From NCBI GenBank assembly GCA_039028615.1, contig JBCCHT010000015.1, positions 160,001 through 224,000 on the forward strand: 64,000 nucleotides of DNA, in the 5' to 3' direction. This DNA is from Myxococcota bacterium (GTDB lineage Bacteria > Myxococcota_A > Polyangia > Nannocystales > Nannocystaceae). The notes below the pieces were generated by a model, which worked only from the letters and a program-made list of their open reading frames with translations, did not search any database and was not told the DNA's origin. Shown piece by piece: positions 9,801-16,231 of the stretch (within the stretch, counting starts at the first letter, position 1; every line of letters starts with the position of its first letter). The position numbers and the translations under genes were made by a program.

Positions 9801-11008
9801 CCGCGATGGCGGTGGCGGTGCACCACGGGCATCTACAGGTGGTCGGTGGTCGCAACCGTCGCGGCTGGCTCGCTCGCGCGAACGCCTACGACCCGGCCTT
9901 TGCCACCTGGAGCGCCGCCCCACGCTTGGCGATCGCGGTCGAGTTCCCGCACGGGGCGGCGGTTCGCTCGCAGCCGTGGGTGCTCGGTCGGGCGGGCGCA
10001 GAGTCGTCGAGCGTGGTGCGGCAGCGGCTCGCGGCGCGTCCCGTGCTCTACGTGTTTGCCCGGGATGAACCCGATGCGGTCGGTCGTGGGGATGCTGCGA
10101 GTCGATTGCCGCCGCCGGTCAGTCGAGGCATGCGCCCCGCCGGGTCCGACCGTGCCCCCGAGGGCCATCGGCGCAAGCCTCGAGCGCGGAGGGCCCTCGA
10201 GATCGCGACGGCGGGCACCCTCACCCTCGGAGGTGGCGGTGGGACGGCGTGGTGGCTGCTGCCGAACGGCGAATCCTCGGGCACGGGCACGGAGGCTGGC
10301 GCCGAAGGAGGCAGCGCTGCGCTCGAGCCAGTGGCGTCCATCGGGCGTCGCCAGGTCCATCGCGTGACCTCGTTCGGCTTCGTGTTGTTCGAGTCGGGTC
10401 TGACGGTCGCGGCCAACGGAGCCCCGGAAGCGTTCCACCCCGACGGGGCGCCGGGCCTGGATGCCCTCACCGACGCGGGGCGCCCCGGCGACTGGTGGGC
10501 CCTGGTGACGGAAGGGGGAGGCTCGCGCGGCACGCCCATCGTGCAGGGCGAAGAGGACCCGGCGCCCGGCTTCTACATCTCGAGTACCGCACTGGTCGAT
10601 GCCGAGCGGCGCCAGGACGACCCGCGGCGCTACGTCGATGCCTCGCAGATCCCGTACGTGGCGCTCCCCGGAGGGCACGACTTGTTCGGAGCGCAGCTGG
10701 GCGACGTCGCCACGGTGCTGCACCTCGACAGCGGCATGGTGGCCCACGCCATCGTGGCGGACGAAGGCCCGCCCGACCTGCTCGGCACGGGGTCGATCGC
10801 GTTGGCGAATTCCTTAGAGCTCGACGCCGACCCGCGCGACGGCGGAGCCTCGTCCGGGGTGGTGTACCTGGTCTATCCGGGCACGGGAGACGGCAAGCCC
10901 CGGTCGGCGGAGGAGATCGACGAAATCGGTGCCCGTGAACTCGAGCGCCTGGGAGGCCGTGCCGAGCTCGAGCGCCTGGCCGAGCTTCATCGAGGGTCGA
11001 CGCCATGA
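6818..11008 (+). CDS. DUF6519 family eCIS protein with LamG, Kelch-repeat and C-terminal GH75-like domains
   Basis: MYGDFSR..QQGRVQLDSDWN, GRYYVDG, EDPTLREIALGGP, NYLYRVEVH, FKWSRTNGS, LEHGLSVSF..YRRGDYW. Alternative ATG at 6791. Confidence 0.85.
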   Translation: MYGDFSRLPEGLFEPFTNVWMQQGRVQLDSDWNAQAALTRQRAAIGLTDIIGRTGAPAVSPGFGVRPMFGVELGLHGYLEVHDAAPFAFEGTQPFTLEAWVDLSPLDGGGTVLTCASPMADGGYSLFIRDTLVRFGRWELDERGEASWQLLEARRPLTPGRFMHVAAVYDGRVSRVYVGGKLAGEGAAGPGASGASQLFLGGVPEDSGVPGESLDGAMAGVRIWSRARSRAEIARDVARDRRGLADERAEHLIAHWPLDQGHGERAQNDVGARYATLRDGASWRLFDLAIEPGRYYVDGAIAELHRGERYTQQHAYPGARLPTHPGLYAIVLELWERSINPIEDPTLREIALGGPTTTTRSALVPAVRLISLPRAQADLLKLDHDETARRIESAVDSLTRSTARMSARLRPSGPVGNYLYRVEVHDPGVLGESLPSELIELEVVRVAAEVSELHLGDVDLEIVDFTIDEYVELTSGSGELRVHARVLHWHGERGALGIEIDVETLQILEADGPTTLRRSRGPTFKWSRTNGSTVEAIEPIEGDGKTLVVTGWTDGRMPISAGDWLEIVDDRYTLRNEPAHLVQVARVSSQQRRIELVEPAPSGVGRNGSLHPFVRRWDQHATEATQLRGGAVVIDRNQWIALEHGLSVSFEAGTYRRGDYWWVTARADSQSIEWPTRDDEPLSQPPLGVARSRAVLGLFAQGKGAAVVRDLRRVFATLPFHGGVPHGDTDGDGIEDEAIPLEPEVIPETRTEEPEPSPSFAEGGEIILRTVDEPPLNYHRTGDRIELEGPTPHWDHDALEGMGADCEGVTEVGGVAFVLSAEAIFRVADNGALAQGARMPALRRAFGLTACRGRIFVIGGVDDRGRRVDTVFAYDPSADQWETRAPLPRERSHLGATDVDGKIYAVGGIESFLWLFERASDRLDIYDPEHDRWSEGPTAPHRRSELGVATLGSQVHAVGGSRRSWGKDQETDTHQIYDVARKTWVEGEPLPLRVAAMAVAVHHGHLQVVGGRNRRGWLARANAYDPAFATWSAAPRLAIAVEFPHGAAVRSQPWVLGRAGAESSSVVRQRLAARPVLYVFARDEPDAVGRGDAASRLPPPVSRGMRPAGSDRAPEGHRRKPRARRALEIATAGTLTLGGGGGTAWWLLPNGESSGTGTEAGAEGGSAALEPVASIGRRQVHRVTSFGFVLFESGLTVAANGAPEAFHPDGAPGLDALTDAGRPGDWWALVTEGGGSRGTPIVQGEEDPAPGFYISSTALVDAERRQDDPRRYVDASQIPYVALPGGHDLFGAQLGDVATVLHLDSGMVAHAIVADEGPPDLLGTGSIALANSLELDADPRDGGASSGVVYLVYPGTGDGKPRSAEEIDEIGARELERLGGRAELERLAELHRGSTP

Positions 11009-13293
11009 CCGAGGCGGTGGTCCAGAGCACGCCGCTGGTCTCCACGTCGGGCGAGGCGCTGCCGCTGGTCTCGTGCATCATGCCGACCAAGGACCGTCGC
11101 CCCTACGTCGCGGGCGCGATCGAGTACTTCTTGCGGCAGGACTACCCGAACCGTGAGCTCATCATCCTCGACAGCGGCGAGGATGCGGTGGCGGACCTGG
11201 TGCCCGAGCACCCGATGATTCACTACGTCCGCTGCGAGGTCGGCTTGTGCCTCGGCAGCAAGCGCAACTTGGCGTGCGAGCGGGCCCGCGGGGAGCTCAT
11301 TTCGCACTGGGACGACGACGACTGGAGCGCGCCCTGGCGGCTGCGGGTGCAGGTGCAGCAGCTGCTCGCCGACGATGCGGACATGTGTGGGCTGGCGAGC
11401 ATGCTCTACTACGACGCCCAGACCAAGGCGGCGTGGCGCTACGAGTATCCGAAGGGCGACCGGCCGTGGGTCGGCGGCTGTACCATGCTCTACCGCCGCG
11501 ATCTGTGGCTCTCGCAGCGCTTCGAGGACCTGCACAGCGGCGAGGACAACCGCTTCGTGTGGCGAGACCCCGCGCCGCGTATCGCGATACCCGAGGACGG
11601 GTCCTTCCATGTCGCGCTGGTACACGGCGGCAACGCGAGCCCGAAGCACACCAATACCGTGCGCTGGCGACCGATTCCGATCGAGCGCATCGAAGAGGTC
11701 ATGGGTTCGGATTTTCGCCACCACGGCCGAGCGCGACCGAGCCGCCCCGCGGTCTCGGCCTCCTCATCGGCCGCTACCCCTGCGCCGCGCCCGGCGGCCT
11801 CGGGCTTTCGCAATCTGTACGCGTGCCTCGTGCACGAGCGGCCGGACTGCGTCGCCGACCTCGTTCGAAACCTTCGCTATCTCGACCCGCAGGCGCACGT
11901 CCTGCTCTACGACGGAAGCCCCCGCAGCAGCCTGCTGCGAGGCGGGCACCTCGAGGGGCTCGGCGCGATGGTTCACCCCACGCCGCGCCCCATGAAGTGG
12001 GGCTACCTCCACGACTTCGCCCTCGACTGCATGCGCTACGGCCTGCAGGCGATGAGCTTCGATGCGCTGACCATCGTCGACTCGGACCAGCTGGCCATCC
12101 GCTCCGGGTTCACCCCGCGACTCGGCGAGTACCTGGCGGAGCACGAAGACGCCGGCATCCTCACCTGCGCTCCGCACCCGCAGCGGGCGGCCACCGCCGC
12201 CGACCCGGCCAAGACGGCGCTGCGCGAGAACAACCTGTGGCAGTCGTTCTTCGAGCGCTATCCGGGGCCCGAGCAGGAGCGCTGGTACTGGACCTTCTGG
12301 CCCACGACGGTCTTCACCGCCAAGGCGGCGCGGGACCTGCTGGCGATCTTCGAGGACGAGCAGCTGCGCTCGATCCTGGGGCGCTCGCGGCTATGGGCGA
12401 CCGAGGAGGTCTTGTTTCCCACCCTGACCGCGCTGCTCGGCCACGACGTACTCGCCAACCCCGGTAGCTACGACTACGTGAAGTATCGAGCGCGCTACTC
12501 CGTGGCCGACCTCGATGCGGCGATGGGCTCCGATGATTGTTTCTGGGTGCACCCGGTGCCGCGGGACTACGACGATCCGCTGCGCCGTTACATTCGCGAA
12601 CGTCACGGGGACTACGTCCGGCCCGCGTCCGAAGACGAGGCGTCGGTCGAGTCGAGGCCGGCCGACGAACGCCGGGAGGGTCCCCCCGTCTTGCGGACGC
12701 TGCCCATCGTGCGAGCCATTCGCCCGCTGAAGGGGTGGCTCGACGATGATGAGGCCGATCTGCTGGTGGCCACGACGCGCGAGGCGCTGGCGCTGCCGGG
12801 CGCACCCAACGTGGTGGAGGTGGGGAGCTTCTGTGGTCGCGCCACGGTGGCCATGGGGATGGTCGCGCGCACCGTCGATGCCGCCCACGTGTTCGCCGTC
12901 GATGCCTTCGATGGGGTGGTCGGGGCGGCGGGCGATCGCCTGGAGCACTTCGGCCCCACGCTCGAGCGCTTCACCGCCAATGTCGATCGGGCTGGCCTGC
13001 AGCGCTGGGTCACCGCCGTACCCACCGAGGGACAGCGCCCCGAGTGGAGCGCGTCGCTGGCCATGCTCGTCGTGGACGGACTACACGACTACGCGAACGT
13101 CTCCGCCGATCTCGAGCACTTCGAGCGGTGGCTTCGTCCCGGGGGCTACCTGGTGTTCCACGATTACGCGCCCTACTTCCCCGGAGTGACGACCCTGGTG
13201 GACGAGGTGCTCGCTCGCGGCGACTACGGGTGGGTGGCGCAGGCGTCCACGCTGGTCGTGTTGCGCAAGCGCGAGCCGAAGGAGGACGACTGA
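11005..13293 (+). CDS. GT2 glycosyltransferase / unknown middle domain / class I SAM methyltransferase (Methyltransf_24-like) fusion
   Basis: PLVSCIMPT..QDYPNRELIILD, SHWDDDDW (GT2). VVEVGSFCG, VDGLHDY..LRPGGYLVFHDY (methyltransferase). ATGA overlap with the upstream gene. Confidence 0.85.
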   Translation: MTEAVVQSTPLVSTSGEALPLVSCIMPTKDRRPYVAGAIEYFLRQDYPNRELIILDSGEDAVADLVPEHPMIHYVRCEVGLCLGSKRNLACERARGELISHWDDDDWSAPWRLRVQVQQLLADDADMCGLASMLYYDAQTKAAWRYEYPKGDRPWVGGCTMLYRRDLWLSQRFEDLHSGEDNRFVWRDPAPRIAIPEDGSFHVALVHGGNASPKHTNTVRWRPIPIERIEEVMGSDFRHHGRARPSRPAVSASSSAATPAPRPAASGFRNLYACLVHERPDCVADLVRNLRYLDPQAHVLLYDGSPRSSLLRGGHLEGLGAMVHPTPRPMKWGYLHDFALDCMRYGLQAMSFDALTIVDSDQLAIRSGFTPRLGEYLAEHEDAGILTCAPHPQRAATAADPAKTALRENNLWQSFFERYPGPEQERWYWTFWPTTVFTAKAARDLLAIFEDEQLRSILGRSRLWATEEVLFPTLTALLGHDVLANPGSYDYVKYRARYSVADLDAAMGSDDCFWVHPVPRDYDDPLRRYIRERHGDYVRPASEDEASVESRPADERREGPPVLRTLPIVRAIRPLKGWLDDDEADLLVATTREALALPGAPNVVEVGSFCGRATVAMGMVARTVDAAHVFAVDAFDGVVGAAGDRLEHFGPTLERFTANVDRAGLQRWVTAVPTEGQRPEWSASLAMLVVDGLHDYANVSADLEHFERWLRPGGYLVFHDYAPYFPGVTTLVDEVLARGDYGWVAQASTLVVLRKREPKEDD

Positions 13294-14084
13294 TGCGTTG
13301 GTCTCGGCACGCCGCCGCGATCACCGTGATCGTGGTCGCGATGTCGGCCGCGGGGTGTCGCGATCGGCAAGACGATTCGGGACGCGGCGCCGCGGCGGGG
13401 GATGCCACCGACGATTCCTCTTCGTTCGAGCTCCTCCCCGGCACCATCACTCCGCTGAAGCCTGGAGCGCGCGGTGTCGATCGCCTGGGCGCAATCAATG
13501 CCCGACGCGCCCGGGCCCTGCGTGCCGACGGGATCGACTTCGCGGTCCGCTATGTCCGCCACGCGTCGTCCAACGCCTCGCTGACGACCCGCAAGGAAGC
13601 AGAGGGCATCTTGGGGGCGGGCCTGACCCTGATGCTCGTGCAGGAAGGTCGAGGGTTTCGCCAAACCCGGCCCTCGGCGGAGCTGGGCGAGCGCGATGCT
13701 CGAGCGGCGGTCGCCCATGCCGAGCACCTCGGCTATCCACGCCAGGGAACGCTGTGGCTGGACATGGAGGCCATCACCGCGCCCGGTACGACCGCGGACG
13801 ACGTCATGAACTACGCGCGTCGATGGCATGAGGTCGTTGATGAGCACTACTCGCCGGGCTACTACGTGGGCCCGGTGGGCAAGCTCGACGGTGACCAGCT
13901 GGGGTCGCTGCCCTTCGAGCACTTTTGGAAATCCGCGGCTCGGGTGCCGACACCCACCGGGCGCGGCTACCAGCTCCTCCAGGGGCATCATCGCGAGATC
14001 GCGGGCGTGGTGGTGGACCCGGATACCGCCCAGGACGACGATCAGGGCGGCCGCGCGCTCGGACTCTCGCCTCCATCTCGATGA
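13293..14084 (+). CDS. DUF1906 / Rv2525c-like (GH25-related) peptidoglycan glycoside hydrolase lipoprotein
   Basis: TGATG overlap. Lipobox MSAAG-C. Motifs GIDFAVRY, EAEGILGAGLTLMLVQE, GERDARAAV..LGYP..LWLDME, PGYY. Confidence 0.78.
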   Translation: MRWSRHAAAITVIVVAMSAAGCRDRQDDSGRGAAAGDATDDSSSFELLPGTITPLKPGARGVDRLGAINARRARALRADGIDFAVRYVRHASSNASLTTRKEAEGILGAGLTLMLVQEGRGFRQTRPSAELGERDARAAVAHAEHLGYPRQGTLWLDMEAITAPGTTADDVMNYARRWHEVVDEHYSPGYYVGPVGKLDGDQLGSLPFEHFWKSAARVPTPTGRGYQLLQGHHREIAGVVVDPDTAQDDDQGGRALGLSPPSR

Positions 14085-14165
14085 GCGGCACCTCGGAGCC
14101 CACGCCTAAATCACCCAGAATCCGCTCGTAATCCGCTATCCTGACCCCAGGAGACGACGCCCTCG

Positions 14166-15509
14166 ATGCCCCATCAACGAGTTGCCGCGCGAGCGAAAGC
14201 TGCTGGAGATCCGCAGCCCGTACGCCCGGTGCAGCGCGTCGATGCTCCCGCGATGGAGGGATCACCCGGGATGTTCGGCATGAGCCTGAGCACCATGAAG
14301 GTCGGCCGCTCGCGCTCCACGAACCTGCCCGATCGCTTGCGCGCGGGCATCGAGTCGCTGAGCGGCATGTCGATGGGCGGAGTACAGGTCCACTACGACT
14401 CGCCGCGGCCGGCTCAGGTCGACGCCTTGGCCTACACACAGGGCCGGGACATCCACCTCGCGCCGGGGCAAGAAGAACACCTCGCCCACGAAGCGTGGCA
14501 CGTCGTGCAGCAGGCGCGGGGGCGCGTGCGGAGCACGGGGACGCTCGACAACGGGGCTCGCGTCAACGAAGACCACGCCCTCGAACGCGAAGCCGACGTG
14601 ATGGGGAAGCGAGCGCAGGGGCACTCGGGGTCCAGCCCCGCGCTCCCGACCGGTGAGAGCCCCGTCTCGTCGCCTCTTGCGCCCGGAACCGCCCAGGGGG
14701 GCTTCGCTCCCGTGCAGCGAAAACCCAAGAGCCTGCGGGCTCGTATTCGGGAGAAGCAGAAGAACAACACGCCGCTGACCGCACGCGAACAGAGGTTTTT
14801 GGATCAGCAGCAGCGAGCCCAGGCTCAGCCGACGCGGACCTTCTTCCACATCACGGGGAGCCCTGGCTTCGCCAATACCCTCGCGGCCGGTCGTCAGCGG
14901 CCAACGCCGCTCACCCATGCGCAGCTTCAAGCCAACCACGGCGTGAGCATCGATCCTCGGTTCACGCAGCGCAGCCGGACGGCCACGAATCCGATCGGGG
15001 ACAGCCTCAGACCAGGAGACGACCTCGGCCCTGGCTTCTATACGACCGACAGCGCGGCCTTCGTCGACCACTACCTGAACGCGAATTTCAGCGGCGGGGG
15101 CAACGAGCACGATGCTCGGATCCTGTCGTTCCAAGTTCCTGCCAATTCGTTTCGGCACTTGGACGTCCAGGACAACCGGCTCGACGACGAGGACACCTTC
15201 CAGCGAAACATGCGGGATGGCTTCGCGACTCAGGACGTTGCGACTCGACAAATCTCATTGCCGCGGCTCGATGCAGGAGTCGGCCACGATATCGTCAGCG
15301 GTCCGATCAATGACGTCGCGACACCGCCGACACGCCCCACCAGCGACGGCACGACGAGATTCAGCCAGGGGACCATCCTCAGGCTGGCCAACGAGACGCC
15401 GCGCCAGCAGAACTTCGCCAGTCGGGCCGCCGTGGACGCGCTGTACGACAACTCCCAGATGAGCGTGTTCAACCTCGAGCAGTGGCGAAAGCACCGCGCA
15501 GCGCGCTGA
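14166..15509 (+). CDS. DUF4157 (eCIS core domain) effector with DUF3990/ART-like C-terminal toxin domain
   Basis: LPDRLRAGIESLSG..VHYDS..ALAYTQGRDIH..HLAHEAWHVVQQ..ALEREAD (DUF4157). C-terminal FHITG, DLGPGFYTT, DIVSGP, QQNFASRAAVDAL. Confidence 0.85.
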   Translation: MPHQRVAARAKAAGDPQPVRPVQRVDAPAMEGSPGMFGMSLSTMKVGRSRSTNLPDRLRAGIESLSGMSMGGVQVHYDSPRPAQVDALAYTQGRDIHLAPGQEEHLAHEAWHVVQQARGRVRSTGTLDNGARVNEDHALEREADVMGKRAQGHSGSSPALPTGESPVSSPLAPGTAQGGFAPVQRKPKSLRARIREKQKNNTPLTAREQRFLDQQQRAQAQPTRTFFHITGSPGFANTLAAGRQRPTPLTHAQLQANHGVSIDPRFTQRSRTATNPIGDSLRPGDDLGPGFYTTDSAAFVDHYLNANFSGGGNEHDARILSFQVPANSFRHLDVQDNRLDDEDTFQRNMRDGFATQDVATRQISLPRLDAGVGHDIVSGPINDVATPPTRPTSDGTTRFSQGTILRLANETPRQQNFASRAAVDALYDNSQMSVFNLEQWRKHRAAR

Positions 15510-15511
15510 CC

Positions 15512-15970
15512 ATGGCGACGATCATTACTGCGGTCCGAGCGTGCCTCGAACAGGATGGGCTCCGCTACGAGCTCGATGAGCAGGGACAGGCGTTGCGCTT
15601 CGGGTTTCGCACCGAGGCGCATCGTTGGACGTGCATCGCGCAGAGCGACGAACAGCGACGACGCCTCGCCTTCTTCAGCATCGTGCTCGCGCCAGTCGAA
15701 CGAGAGCGACGCGGGGCGGTGATGGAGCTGCTGTCGCGCATCAACTGGGGGTTGTTCCTCGGGAGTTTCGATATCGAGCTCGACACCGGTCGGGTTCGCC
15801 TGCGGACCTCGGTCGACTTCGGGGAGGAGCCGCCAACGACCGGCCTGGTGCAGCCGCTCATCCACGCCAACCTGGCCACCATGTCGACGAACATGACGGC
15901 GATTGATCGGGTGATGGGGGGCCAAGCCTCGCCCGCGGAGGCGTTGCGAGAGCGCGACGGCCCGCCGTAG
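15512..15970 (+). CDS. YbjN-domain (T3SS-chaperone-like fold) protein; candidate immunity protein or chaperone
   Basis: ATG 2 nt after the effector stop. VMELLSRINWGLFLGSFDIELDTGRVRLRTSVD is a YbjN-type signature. Confidence 0.75.
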   Translation: MATIITAVRACLEQDGLRYELDEQGQALRFGFRTEAHRWTCIAQSDEQRRRLAFFSIVLAPVERERRGAVMELLSRINWGLFLGSFDIELDTGRVRLRTSVDFGEEPPTTGLVQPLIHANLATMSTNMTAIDRVMGGQASPAEALRERDGPP

Positions 15971-16065
15971 GCATCGGGGCGAGGAGACACTGGTCTCGTA
16001 TTGCAGGTGCCCACCTGCGGACTCGCGCCGAGACCCCATGACCATGGGGGCGGGCCTCCGTCGCG

Positions 16066-16135
16066 GCCGGACTGACCGTCGACGTGGCGCTGGTGGATCT
16101 GGGGCTGCCCGACATGCGCGGCACCGCTCTATGGC
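16066..16135 (+). pseudogene. Remnant of a response-regulator receiver domain
   Basis: Translates to LTVDVALVDLGLPDMRG, the phospho-Asp loop of REC domains, with no flanking receiver sequence in frame. Confidence 0.45.
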
Positions 16136-16231
16136 GTCGAGCCGCCCGCGCTGCCGCTGAGTACAGAGGCGGTCGAGTCGACCCTGGTCGTCCAGGCATC
16201 GCTCGACTGGTCGTGAGCCCTCCGTGCGCGG

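Noticed and set aside
1891..9832. Long minus-strand ORFs (877, 541 and 809 aa) and similar antisense ORFs throughout the window
   Set aside because: Antisense shadows expected in high-GC coding DNA; no motifs, and they fully overlap well-supported genes.
1..15970. Prophage or T6SS interpretation of the tail genes
   Set aside because: No integrase, capsid, terminase or TssJLM genes in view; DUF6519 and DUF4157 favour eCIS, although the upstream part is not visible.
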